DNA of 64,000 nucleotides from Candidatus Latescibacterota bacterium. GTDB taxonomy: Bacteria; Latescibacterota; UBA2968. Shown here piece after piece: positions 41,904 through 51,518 of this stretch (positions are counted from its first letter, which is position 1; each line of letters opens with the position of its first letter). Below the pieces are notes generated by a model. It worked only from the letters and a program-made list of their open reading frames with translations, did no database searches and was not told the DNA's origin. The stretch covers positions 512,001-576,000 of the forward strand of contig OZ241986.1 of NCBI GenBank assembly GCA_965204375.1, given 5' to 3'. The translations under genes were made by a program, and so were the position numbers.

Positions 41904-43295
41904 TCAAGGCCTAATAGTGTTCGTCCCATCTGCAAATTCATACAGAAGCGCAACCGCCGACTTCTCGCATGCCCTCAGGCCCTCCACTTCGAAATACTCG
42001 TTAGGAGCGTGCAATAACCAGCCGTGACCGAGTCCCGACATCACAAAGGGCAGGTTCAATGGGGGCTCGCTGAACAACACCTGCGGAGCCGTTCCAGGTA
42101 ATATAGGCACAACGCCAGGCTCGGCGTCTAACCTTCTGAGGGCTCTAACGGCGGCTTGCGCGATATGCTCTTTCGGCGATGTTCTGGCCGGATCGTATCC
42201 GGTCACAAATCTCAGTTCAATATCATCATACCCATGCCGGTCCAGATGGGCGCGTACCTTGTCCAAAATCTCCTGGACAGTCATATCCGGCACCAGCCGG
42301 ATGTCTATTTTGCACATCGCTGAAGCCGGTACAATCGCCTTGGGTCCAGGCCCAGTGTAGCCGGACAGAAAGCCGTCGATATTCAGGCCAGGCGTAAAAA
42401 TCGCTTCCCTGACAAGGCCCAGGCCATCAAGCCCTTCACGGAATTCCGTAATACCGTACATCTCTTTGAAGGCGCTGGGGCCCCAGATATCGAGCAGGTC
42501 GGTGAGCATGCGCTCATCCTCCTCAGTGGGAGGCCGTACATTCTCATAAAAGCCATCAATCGCAATTCGGTCGTCGGCCCCGCGCATAGAATGAAGCGCC
42601 CAGATCAGCCGCCACACCGGGCTGTTGACCACAGGTCCGACCATGGAATGCGCATCGGTGGGAAGTGTTTTGACCGCCAGTTCAAAGTAAGCAATGCCTT
42701 TGAAACCCAGACTTACCTGCGGATGGCCTTTAACGGTCTCCAATGGGAGGTGGTAGTACATCGCATCGGCTGTCTTCAATTCATCTGTGTACTGCTCAAT
42801 AAACTGAGGCAGGTGCCGACTGCCCAATTCTTCCTCACCGTCTATGAGGAAAATGAGGTTGACGGGCACATCACCCGTGACGGCCTGAATGGAATGGACG
42901 GCGTGAATAAAAGCCATCAGAGGTCCCTTGGTGTTTATAGCACCCCGGGCAATGATACGGCCATCCACGATTCTTGCCTCGAAAGGAGGAGAATCCCATG
43001 CCTCCAGCGGATCTACCGGTTGGACGTCATACATGCCATATACCAGAAGGGTACGATCGCTGTTCCTTGACGTCAAGTGGCCGTACACGACGGGATGACC
43101 GCCTTTCAGAGGAACCAGCCTCGCGTCTGCACCCAGATCCCGCAGCATCTCTGCGGTCATTTCTGCACATTCCTGTATCCCCAAATTCTCCGTTGAGATG
43201 CTGGGTTGGCGAAGATAGCGTTGCGTAGCTGCCAGGTGATCGTCGAAATGTCGATCGACATATTCGAAAATCTGTTGAAGTGTATCCTCTGCCAT
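41904..43295 (-). CDS. M20 family metallo-peptidase/amidohydrolase (dipeptidase-like, atypical ligands)
   Basis: LRQPSIS, HPVVYG, YGMYDVQP, RGAINTKG, GEEELGS, GYTGPGPK, HAPNE; start ATG 43295. Confidence 0.8.
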   Translation of the reverse strand: MAEDTLQQIFEYVDRHFDDHLAATQRYLRQPSISTENLGIQECAEMTAEMLRDLGADARLVPLKGGHPVVYGHLTSRNSDRTLLVYGMYDVQPVDPLEAWDSPPFEARIVDGRIIARGAINTKGPLMAFIHAVHSIQAVTGDVPVNLIFLIDGEEELGSRHLPQFIEQYTDELKTADAMYYHLPLETVKGHPQVSLGFKGIAYFELAVKTLPTDAHSMVGPVVNSPVWRLIWALHSMRGADDRIAIDGFYENVRPPTEEDERMLTDLLDIWGPSAFKEMYGITEFREGLDGLGLVREAIFTPGLNIDGFLSGYTGPGPKAIVPASAMCKIDIRLVPDMTVQEILDKVRAHLDRHGYDDIELRFVTGYDPARTSPKEHIAQAAVRALRRLDAEPGVVPILPGTAPQVLFSEPPLNLPFVMSGLGHGWLLHAPNEYFEVEGLRACEKSAVALLYEFADGTNTIRP

Positions 43296-43312
43296 CTTTA
43301 ACGCCCTCCTGA

Positions 43313-44143
43313 TCAAATCTGCGGAGACATCTGGTCCTCCGACGCATGCTCTGTCGGCAGGTAATCGCATGTCCCCCGGCCACCATCCACCAGGATAACC
43401 TCGCCGGTGATAAATCGCGCGGCTGAGGACGCCAGAAATACAACGATCCCGGCGATATCCTCTGGTTCCCCGATATGCCCGAGGGCAACGCGCTCGGCCT
43501 GTGCCTTTTCAGCATCGGACGTGAGCGTATCACCCCAAATGTCGGTCCGAATCGCACCGGGTGCCACGGCATTGACCGTAATTCCATACTGCCCCAGATC
43601 TCGGGCGCAGCACCGGGTAAAGGCCTCCATCGCTCCCTTGGAGGCGCTGTAGGCGGCTCTTGCAATCCAGCCCAGGCGGGCGTTGAGCGAACTGATGTTG
43701 ATGATCCGTCCACCGCCCCCGGCATCGATCATAACCCGAGCCGCGATTTGCGTGCAGAGAAAGCACCCCCGGGCGTTCACCGCAAATGTTCGCTCCCAAT
43801 CGGCATCGGTCGTATCGAGTACAGAACCGGCGACATCGATACCGGCGTTGTTGACCAGGATATCGACACCGCCAAAACGTTGAACTACTGCCTGGATCAT
43901 GGCCTCCACCGCTGTGCGATCCGATACATCGGCCTGGATCGCCATAGCCTGTCCTCCATCCCGTTCAATCTCGATCACAGCACTTTTGGCCGCCTGAGCA
44001 TGGGCGGCGTAGTTGACCACCACCGCCGCATCCTGACGCGCCAGTTCGCGGGAGATCGCCCGGCCGATTCCTCGTCCTCCGCCGGTCACCACGGCAATGC
44101 GATCTTTTAGGCTATAAATAGGGGCAGCGTGGTCGTTCTCCAT
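43313..44143 (-). CDS. Short-chain dehydrogenase/reductase (FabG-like)
   Basis: TGGGRGIG, NNAG, YSASKG, VNAVAPG. Confidence 0.9.
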   Translation of the reverse strand: MENDHAAPIYSLKDRIAVVTGGGRGIGRAISRELARQDAAVVVNYAAHAQAAKSAVIEIERDGGQAMAIQADVSDRTAVEAMIQAVVQRFGGVDILVNNAGIDVAGSVLDTTDADWERTFAVNARGCFLCTQIAARVMIDAGGGGRIINISSLNARLGWIARAAYSASKGAMEAFTRCCARDLGQYGITVNAVAPGAIRTDIWGDTLTSDAEKAQAERVALGHIGEPEDIAGIVVFLASSAARFITGEVILVDGGRGTCDYLPTEHASEDQMSPQI

Positions 44144-44155
44144 AATGAATCCTTC

Positions 44156-44216
44156 AAAAAAAACTGGCGTCCCTTGGATATCCGTTTAATTCAAGAATAC
44201 GGTCAAGGACCACCAG
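44156..44216 (-). terminator. Terminator/attenuator-like hairpin just upstream of the SDR RBS
   Basis: Minus strand CTGGTGGTCCTTG...CAAGGGACGCCAG followed by T8, then GAAGGA..ATG. Confidence 0.5.
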
Positions 44217-44268
44217 AAAAAAATGAGGACAAAAGATAGAATGAAACACGAGACCGGTCCGCAAAATC

Positions 44269-44306
44269 AACGCCGGGGGTTTGGACCTCCTCATGCCCCC
44301 GGCGTT
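44269..44306 (-). terminator. Hairpin after porV (terminator or stabiliser)
   Basis: AACGCCGGGGG...CCCCCGGCGTT, 11-bp stem. Confidence 0.6.
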
Positions 44307-44327
44307 AGGCATACCATTACAGATGCC

Positions 44328-45266
44328 TCAGAACGTTCCGTTCACCGTGAATCTCAAAGGTGCGTTGAAGAATTTGCTATGAGTATAAGCAATATCTACA
44401 CTTAGCGATGCGGCACCGAAAGCCCGCTTGAGTCCGGCACCGACGCTGAAATCCTCGGCGTCGTAATTCCACTTGTATCCCCCTCTCAGTGCCAGTGTAT
44501 TGGCCAACCACAACTCAGCACCCATGTGAACGCGTCCTTCGTAATCAATCGCAAACACGTTCTCGGCTGAAAGTGTCAGGTAAGTGGGATCTCCCACCTT
44601 CCCGATCACCTCCATGGCCCCGGCGATTGTGTAAACCACCGGCATAAAAGCGCTCTCTGCGATAACGGTGTTGTCCTGCCCGAAGTTCTTCAGGGTCATC
44701 GCCAACCGGAAAGACTGGAAACCAGTGTAGAAAAGCGTACCGACGCTGGCGTCAAAAGTACTGTTCGAATCGTCGAACAGGGACTCTTGAAGGTACCTGA
44801 AGTTTGCGCCGAAAGAGAGTCTATCGGTGAACTGGTAGGCATAGGCAACGCCAAGCGCGATGTCGTCCCCCTCCACCATTTTGCCGGTGCCTGTGGGTTC
44901 GAAAATGGTCGTTTCCTCAAATGGCTTCGTCCGGAACGATACCATGCTGACCCCGAAGACTGAAGCACCGATACGATAGGCCACAGCGCCCGAGTAGAGT
45001 TTTGAATCGGCAAACCAGCGATTATAAGAAAAGGTATATGCAGCTCTCTCGATGTGGGTCAGACCGGCCGGATTCCAGAAGATGCTATTGATATCGTTAG
45101 AAATGGCCATATACGCAGACCCCATCGCCACAGGGCGAGCCGATTGGCCGATCTTCACAAAGTTGAATCCGGTCGTACCCAGTTTCTTGAAGATGGCCTC
45201 TGCATCCACGGCCAGAAGCGGCCCCATCAGTGCGGCCAAAGTGGCTATCCACAGAATTCGTCTCAT
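44328..45266 (-). CDS. PorV/PorQ family outer-membrane beta-barrel (FadL-like)
   Basis: Signal peptide; GFNFVKIGQSARPVAMGSAY.A...D.NSIFWNPAGL N-terminal signature; LALRGGY; terminal Phe; AAGGAGG RBS 7 nt before ATG 45266. Confidence 0.8.
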   Translation of the reverse strand: MRRILWIATLAALMGPLLAVDAEAIFKKLGTTGFNFVKIGQSARPVAMGSAYMAISNDINSIFWNPAGLTHIERAAYTFSYNRWFADSKLYSGAVAYRIGASVFGVSMVSFRTKPFEETTIFEPTGTGKMVEGDDIALGVAYAYQFTDRLSFGANFRYLQESLFDDSNSTFDASVGTLFYTGFQSFRLAMTLKNFGQDNTVIAESAFMPVVYTIAGAMEVIGKVGDPTYLTLSAENVFAIDYEGRVHMGAELWLANTLALRGGYKWNYDAEDFSVGAGLKRAFGAASLSVDIAYTHSKFFNAPLRFTVNGTF

Positions 45267-45294
45267 TCTCATGCCTCCTTTCATGGTCGCACGG

Positions 45295-47511
45295 TTATTT
45301 GACAATCATAAAAGTCCCTGTCTTCTTCTCGCCCTCGCTTCCCGGCATCAGCGACTCCACCACGAAGAAATACTTCCCCGTCGAGACCTTCGACGCGAAA
45401 TTTAGCACCACCTGATTCCAACTCGTCTCTCCCCGAATCGGGGACCTTGTCCGCACCGGGTTGTCCACCACCGCGACCAGATCTCCGGAGACGGTAAAGA
45501 TCGAGATCTTGCACCTTCGGGGCACATTCACAAACCGGATCTCTTCGCTACCACCCGGGTAGCGGTGGATGTCGTCGAGTCTGAACGGGTTGGGTACCAC
45601 AATCACCGGATCCTCGAATCGATCTTTCTTATCGGAGGCCACCACAAATGGTACGCTTTGCAGGTGCGTCCTCGTCTCAGGCGCGCCGTGTCCGCTCTCC
45701 AGGGAAGGGATTGCCATCCCTGTGCCGTTCCAGTCGGCGTGCCCAGTGTCGTAGCTTCGGACGGAGTACCAGTAGCTGAACCCCGCGAGCGAGGAGGCAT
45801 CCTTGTAGCTGTGCGTGCCAGTCGAGAGTTCCACCAGAAGCTCCCAGGGCCCCATGGACGTGTGCTCAGACCTGTAGATTCGGTAGCCGGCTACATCCCG
45901 CGCCTCAGGGGCTCCCGCATAGTCGGGGTCTTCGGCGGTCTCTGCGTCAGCAGACCAGGATAGCAGGTTGTTCCCGTCCTCGTCGCTTTCCACCGTGAAT
46001 CTGATGTCGGGCGGCGCGTCCGGGATATCGTAGTTGTTGGCGTAGGCAAACCGGGCCCGATCCAGGTGCTGAGCCAGTGCCCGTTCGCCGTCGGGCAACT
46101 GAGCCTGGGCGCCTGGTTGTCTGCTCCATCCAAAAATGTCCACTGTTCCCCCCGAGCTTGCAAATTCGGCTCCGGTGCCGGCCACCCAGGCCACCACGAC
46201 CTTGGCCTTGTCGCCGGGCCCCAGATCGTAGGGCCCATAGGTCTGGGCGAAGCCCATGGTCATAAGCTCTGTAGGGTTATCCTGGGGGTGCTTTGGCGAG
46301 ACGGGGCGCGTCCCCTGCCCGGTCATCTCCAGGTAGATCTCCTCGTCGGACATAGGATGCTCCGGCGTATCGATGTCGTCCAGGCTGCGGATTTGCCACC
46401 AGAAGGGATAGGACGGCTGGTCGGGATTCTTCGGTGCTACATAGACCTCGTCGTCCTGGGCGAATCCGTCGGTCGGATCGGCGTCTAACAGGGCCAGCCC
46501 GATATACTGAAATGCCCGGAGTTGCCCTTCTTTGAGGAGGCCGGAGTTTCGGACATTGCCCGGGGCCTCGGCCAGCCGGGCAGGCTCTCCCGTGTCATCG
46601 GCCTGGTCAAAGGGGTAGTCACCGTCATAGACGTACTGGATCTTTTTTCCCCTCAGATCCGCGTGGCCATCAAAATTGGGCGCTTCGCTGTATTTGAACC
46701 AGTCGTCCTGCACCCGGGTGCTCACATCCTCCCAGCCACTGGTCCAGCCCTCCCACATGTGCCCTGCCCGGGAGACTCTGGGCAGATTGAAAAATGAAAG
46801 GTAGGTATCGTTCAACTGTTTTGTTCCGGTATTCTCCAGAATGACCTCTTGAATGATGAAGTCGTCGTAGTCCGGGTAGCCCCACGCCTTGGCTTTTCTG
46901 GTCACGACAATCCCGGTTTCGGTGCCCCACTGCGTAATCAGGATTTCCTCGGGTTGGGTATCGTTGGGAATGTACCGGTTGTAATCGTAGTTGTGGATCT
47001 CCGTTACATCGTTGACCACTGGCGGTGCTCCTGGCCAGTAATTGGCCGTCACCGCGCCAGTGAATGGGGAGACGGTCCGCACCCCCAGGTCTTTCTCCGG
47101 ACCGGTGGAGGCATCGTAGGTCATCGGCACGATATCCTCTGTGACGATCCGGGGGTTGGACATCGACACATTGTAGAAGCCGTTCTCGTCCTTTGTCAGC
47201 ACATAGATCCCCTCTCCTTGGCTGGTGTGGGTCGAACGGTCCGCAAAGTCGATGCTCTCTTTAACTGCCCAATGATCTTCAAAGTCCCCTTCCAAAATGG
47301 GAGCACCGGGATACATCAGGCCCGCGTCCCACAGCCTCGTCCAGCTCCTGGTCATGCCCTCGGTCTTACCCTGGATGCCGTTGCTGCGATAGCCCGACCA
47401 GAGCAGCCCCCGGGTCAGGTTCCGCATCGGCGCAGCCTGTGCCCAAAGGTTACACGGCAGGAACAACAGCGAAAGCACCACAGGCCAGAAGCCTATTCTC
47501 ACTATTCGCAT
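45295..47511 (-). CDS. Secreted protein with FN3-like domain and T9SS type-A-like C-terminal domain
   Basis: SPI signal; PDAPP...LSW...AGYRIYRS...YWYSVRSYD FN3-like; C-terminus VIVVPNPF...IRFVNVP..CKISIFTVSGDLV...W...VSTGKYFFVV....GTFMIVK. Confidence 0.7.
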   Translation of the reverse strand: MRIVRIGFWPVVLSLLFLPCNLWAQAAPMRNLTRGLLWSGYRSNGIQGKTEGMTRSWTRLWDAGLMYPGAPILEGDFEDHWAVKESIDFADRSTHTSQGEGIYVLTKDENGFYNVSMSNPRIVTEDIVPMTYDASTGPEKDLGVRTVSPFTGAVTANYWPGAPPVVNDVTEIHNYDYNRYIPNDTQPEEILITQWGTETGIVVTRKAKAWGYPDYDDFIIQEVILENTGTKQLNDTYLSFFNLPRVSRAGHMWEGWTSGWEDVSTRVQDDWFKYSEAPNFDGHADLRGKKIQYVYDGDYPFDQADDTGEPARLAEAPGNVRNSGLLKEGQLRAFQYIGLALLDADPTDGFAQDDEVYVAPKNPDQPSYPFWWQIRSLDDIDTPEHPMSDEEIYLEMTGQGTRPVSPKHPQDNPTELMTMGFAQTYGPYDLGPGDKAKVVVAWVAGTGAEFASSGGTVDIFGWSRQPGAQAQLPDGERALAQHLDRARFAYANNYDIPDAPPDIRFTVESDEDGNNLLSWSADAETAEDPDYAGAPEARDVAGYRIYRSEHTSMGPWELLVELSTGTHSYKDASSLAGFSYWYSVRSYDTGHADWNGTGMAIPSLESGHGAPETRTHLQSVPFVVASDKKDRFEDPVIVVPNPFRLDDIHRYPGGSEEIRFVNVPRRCKISIFTVSGDLVAVVDNPVRTRSPIRGETSWNQVVLNFASKVSTGKYFFVVESLMPGSEGEKKTGTFMIVK

Positions 47512-47540
47512 CTTGAAACCTCCTTGTGATAATAAGGAGC

Positions 47541-47583
47541 GTCTGGGATTGGGCCACAGCCTGTGTCCACCTCAATCCCAGAC
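47541..47583. other. Intergenic hairpin between the TBDR and CTD-protein genes
   Basis: GTCTGGGATTG...CAATCCCAGAC, 11-bp stem, no adjacent U-tract. Confidence 0.55.
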
Positions 47584-47611
47584 CCTGAGATATAAAAACA
47601 GGGTTGACCCG

Positions 47612-50600
47612 TCAGAAGGACACCATCACCCCCAGCTCGATCTCCCTTGGGAACCCGGCATACCGGCTCAGTTCTCCAGTGTCGCCGAACTGTTTGTACT
47701 TGCCGCTATCGGGCCTGGGCCGATCCAGACCGTTTTTCCACCAGTCCACAGCCGGCCTGGGCTGTAGATCGCGCTGGTTAAACAGGTTCCTGACGTTGAA
47801 ATAGAGTGTAGGACGCACCTGGTTGCGGATCTGGAACCGCTTCACAAAGGCCAGGTCGGTCCGGGTATGCATAGGTCCGAACCACCACTTCGGTGGCTCG
47901 CCAGGCAGTGCGAATCGCCTGGCCCTCCCTTCCTGCATCCGATAGACCATCGTGACGCTGATGTCGCCCCACACTGGTCCATAGTCCGTCGGCGAGTGAT
48001 ACATAAACACCACCGATCCGAAACCCGGCCGTTCGGTCCCAAAGGTCCCCTGGGCTGTGTTCCGTCCCCTGGGATTCACATTAAACTGTTTGTAGGACCA
48101 CATGCCTGGCCAATCCTCCATTTCTTTGATCTCGGATTCCTTCAGCGGGTCGTAGTCCGCCGCCGTGCCATTCTGGATGGCCCGGAGCCGTTCGTTGGCT
48201 CGATGGCCGAATTCCTGGATCTCATCGGCGGTCAGCAGCACCGGCACTTCCGCTCCGGAATCGCTGCTGTTCACCTGCCCGTCTCCATTGGTGTCCCGGG
48301 AGTGGGTCACATAGTAGTTGGATCCGCTGGCGACCCAGTTCGAGTCGGGCACAAAGTAGGTCCGCCACCACCCGGACTGGCGTGCGGCCGACACCCACTG
48401 CTTATTGTACGAAACCAGAAATGCGAACCCGTGGCTGAGATTCTTTCTCAGTGACAGCTCGATGCCCCGGACGTCCTCATAGGAGTTGTTCCTCCAGTCG
48501 GCTCCACCGCGCTGGGGAGCCTGCTTCTGCGGGTCCCACCAGTAGCTGTTGCCGTAGAAGAACTGATCCGTCCCGCTCTTGTAGAAGACCGTCAGAGAAC
48601 TGATGTAGTCCCCGACAAAGTTCCAGTCGGTCCCGACCTCAAAGCTGGTGGTCGTTTCATACTTAATGTGGTTCCAGAATCCGGACCAGTCCCTCGAGTC
48701 CGACTGGTTCCCGATCTCTGTCGGGTCGATCTGCCCGTTGTTGTTGAAATCCGCTGCCCGGGCCCGACTGACCCACCCATACTGAGCGATGTACCATGTG
48801 GAGGGCAACTGGCGGAACACCCCGAAGGAGTAGCGGATTGTAGCTCTGTCGGTGATCGGGTGTGAGACCCCGACACGGGGACTCCAGGCCTGCAAGGCCT
48901 CGGCATCCACCAGGGGGATGAGCTGTTGGCGCGTCCACGATTTGGTCATCGGGGCCATCGACCAGAGTCCGTGTTCGCCCTGAGGCACCTGGGTGCCCCA
49001 ATCCAGCCGGTCATAGCGAGCACCCACGTTCAGGACCAGCCCGTGAAACTCCATCTTGTCCTGGATGTACCAGGATGACTGGATGGGTTCCCACGGCGTA
49101 TCCCTGGTATATGGCTTCCCTGCCACGCGCAGGGCAAAACTCGTCATACTCCGCCAGCGTTCCCATACGGTCAGCACCTTGTCGAACGCGACTTCGAAGC
49201 CGCTCTTGACGAAGTGCCCCTTTGTGATCTGGCTGGAGAAATCGAGTTTAAAGTTGACCCGTTCTCGCTTCGTAAGCTGATACTCGGTTCTCGTCGAGGG
49301 AGCGGCCGTGAAGTAGCCGTCCGCGTCCCGGCGAATGTCCTCGGTAACGCCTTCTCCGTATTGATCTACCGGTACGTTGGTGGTGTCCTGGTTATCCCGG
49401 AAAAAGGAAAGTTTCGCCTCGTAAAATGTCTTGGGCGTCAGGATGTGGGTCAGGGACACATAGGTCAGATCGTTTTTATACTTGACCTGCCCGGAGCCAC
49501 TTCCCTCCGGGAGAAAGACGTCGCGGCCCAACTGCCTTCTGGCACCTGACCCTCCCCAGTAGCTTCCGGAACGGCCATAGATGCCCCCCACGCCCATCTT
49601 GAACTTTGAACGCACGTTTCCGGTCAGTTTGTAGGAGGCCTCGATGTTGCCAGGAGAGGCAACCCAACCCGATTTACGGTCTGGGTAGAGGTAGAAGCCG
49701 CGCTGTTTGCCCTCTGGAAATACCGCCGCCAACCCCCGATACCTGGCAGAAGTAAAAAAGGAGGCATTTTCGACCACCGGTCCGGATAGAGTTCCCTCTA
49801 TGCGGTGGCCGATCACGCCGGTGTAGTCGATCCGCTCGTGCACCCTCCGTCCGGTCACCGGGTCGGTCTCTCCCGTCCAGTTCGAATCGTTCCACTTCAT
49901 CTTATCTTCATAATAGGGGCTGTCATAGACATTGCTGCCCCAGTGCTTCTTTCCAGCCGGATTTAACAGGTAATCCAGGCTGCCGTTAAAGTCCTTGCTC
50001 CCCTCCTTTGTCACAATGTTGACAACACCCGCCTGGGCGTTGCCGAACTCGGCCTCCATCCCGCCTGTAACCACGGCGAGTTCCTGAACAGCACTGGCAT
50101 TGACGCCCTGAAAATTTCGGCTGGCGTGCGACCGCCGCTCCACATTGACTGCAGACATCGGTACGCCATCGACGTAATAAACCACGTCACTGCTCCCGGA
50201 GCCAGATGACGACGTGTCTCCACCCCGGATAGAGGTGTCTCCGTCCAGACCGACTCCGGCCAGGAGTTCAAGCACCTGTTCAGTGTCCTTGACGAGGGGA
50301 GCGACTTCCTCGACGTTGGAGTTATCCAGGATGTATTTTGTGGTTGTCCTGTCCGGCTCCACTGGGGGCCGCTCAGCAACGACCACGATTGCGGCCATCT
50401 CCAGGGCAGTCTCCTTCAGGGTAAAATCTACAGTCGTCGTAAAATCAGCGGTGGCCTGGACGTCCGTCTTGGAAATCTGGTCGTAGCCGATCATGGATGC
50501 CGTCAGCGTGTAGGTCCCCGGATTCACCAGCAAGATCAAGTAGTCCCCATCTGGTCCTGTTGTGGTACCCTGTGAGGTGCCTTCGATGATTACATTTGCC

Positions 50601-50743
50601 CCGGGCAACGCCTGACCGTTGCTATCTACGATCTGCCCCTTGATCTTCCCCGTAGTCCCGGCAACCGCCTGCTGGGAGGTCGCCGAGAACAGCAGCAGAA
50701 AGGCGAGCAGCCCTACAATCCAGAAAACACGATCACTCTTCAT
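47612..50743 (-). CDS. TonB-dependent receptor with N-terminal carboxypeptidase-regulatory-like domain
   Basis: Signal peptide; TTGKIKGQIVD...LPGANV; plug IRGG...YYVDGVP...VVTGGMEAEFGNAQAGVVNIVTKEG; YIQDKMEF; SPRVGVSHPIT; VRNLFN; PREIELG..VSF C-terminus. Confidence 0.9.
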   Translation of the reverse strand: MKSDRVFWIVGLLAFLLLFSATSQQAVAGTTGKIKGQIVDSNGQALPGANVIIEGTSQGTTTGPDGDYLILLVNPGTYTLTASMIGYDQISKTDVQATADFTTTVDFTLKETALEMAAIVVVAERPPVEPDRTTTKYILDNSNVEEVAPLVKDTEQVLELLAGVGLDGDTSIRGGDTSSSGSGSSDVVYYVDGVPMSAVNVERRSHASRNFQGVNASAVQELAVVTGGMEAEFGNAQAGVVNIVTKEGSKDFNGSLDYLLNPAGKKHWGSNVYDSPYYEDKMKWNDSNWTGETDPVTGRRVHERIDYTGVIGHRIEGTLSGPVVENASFFTSARYRGLAAVFPEGKQRGFYLYPDRKSGWVASPGNIEASYKLTGNVRSKFKMGVGGIYGRSGSYWGGSGARRQLGRDVFLPEGSGSGQVKYKNDLTYVSLTHILTPKTFYEAKLSFFRDNQDTTNVPVDQYGEGVTEDIRRDADGYFTAAPSTRTEYQLTKRERVNFKLDFSSQITKGHFVKSGFEVAFDKVLTVWERWRSMTSFALRVAGKPYTRDTPWEPIQSSWYIQDKMEFHGLVLNVGARYDRLDWGTQVPQGEHGLWSMAPMTKSWTRQQLIPLVDAEALQAWSPRVGVSHPITDRATIRYSFGVFRQLPSTWYIAQYGWVSRARAADFNNNGQIDPTEIGNQSDSRDWSGFWNHIKYETTTSFEVGTDWNFVGDYISSLTVFYKSGTDQFFYGNSYWWDPQKQAPQRGGADWRNNSYEDVRGIELSLRKNLSHGFAFLVSYNKQWVSAARQSGWWRTYFVPDSNWVASGSNYYVTHSRDTNGDGQVNSSDSGAEVPVLLTADEIQEFGHRANERLRAIQNGTAADYDPLKESEIKEMEDWPGMWSYKQFNVNPRGRNTAQGTFGTERPGFGSVVFMYHSPTDYGPVWGDISVTMVYRMQEGRARRFALPGEPPKWWFGPMHTRTDLAFVKRFQIRNQVRPTLYFNVRNLFNQRDLQPRPAVDWWKNGLDRPRPDSGKYKQFGDTGELSRYAGFPREIELGVMVSF

Positions 50744-50773
50744 ATTCTTCTCCTTTTATTAACAGGTTCTGGA

Positions 50774-51469
50774 TCACATATAAAACTTCACTCCAGCCCC
50801 GATGTCGAACAAGTGAAACGGATGGGTCCTTTTCACACCCCAATTCAGGAAGGGCCTGAGTTCCCCAACGATCACATTGTAACTCACACGGAGGTCCAGG
50901 GCAGCCTTCGGTCCCAAGAAGATCTGCATCCCTGCCCCTCCGCTTACACCCAGCGCTGTCCGCGTATCGTCGATCGCCTCCAGGAGCAGGGTCTGATCCA
51001 GCGTGGCCCCCCCTTGTTCGGGAAAGATGAGTCCGCTCACCTTAGAATGGTAGTTGTGAAATCCGGCCCCAACGGTAAGATAGGGAACGCTTCCTTCGCC
51101 TTCGAACTTCTTATCCTTCAAGGCGAAAAGCCAGTTGACCACCAGGCTGTTGAAGGTCATATCGGACTTGGCCTGTGGACTTGTGTAATCCCTTCCATCC
51201 TTGAAACGAAATGTCCGCTCCTCAAGACTGCCGCCCGCAAACTTCGAGTAATAATACTCCACTTCCACGATCCGTGCCGAACTGGTTATAAAGTGTGCAG
51301 CGGCCCCGAGCTTGAACCCTTCGGTGTACATATCCCTGAAGTTAAACAGCGGCGAATAAAGCTCGGCGAACACGCCGAACCCCCCTCTGTGGCCCTCTTC
51401 CTGAGCCACAGCAAAAGCCGTGGGCGACAACACCCACAAAAGAATCCATAAACCCATGATCCTTCTCAT
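50774..51469 (-). CDS. Outer-membrane beta-barrel protein (OmpA/OmpW-like, 8 strands)
   Basis: Signal peptide; VPYLTVGAG, GVSGGAGMQIF, terminal IGAGVKFYM. Confidence 0.7.
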   Translation of the reverse strand: MRRIMGLWILLWVLSPTAFAVAQEEGHRGGFGVFAELYSPLFNFRDMYTEGFKLGAAAHFITSSARIVEVEYYYSKFAGGSLEERTFRFKDGRDYTSPQAKSDMTFNSLVVNWLFALKDKKFEGEGSVPYLTVGAGFHNYHSKVSGLIFPEQGGATLDQTLLLEAIDDTRTALGVSGGAGMQIFLGPKAALDLRVSYNVIVGELRPFLNWGVKRTHPFHLFDIGAGVKFYM

Positions 51470-51518
51470 AAAAACCTCCTTTGAGATACGCAGTCATTCT
51501 TCGACCAACCTGCTCGTC

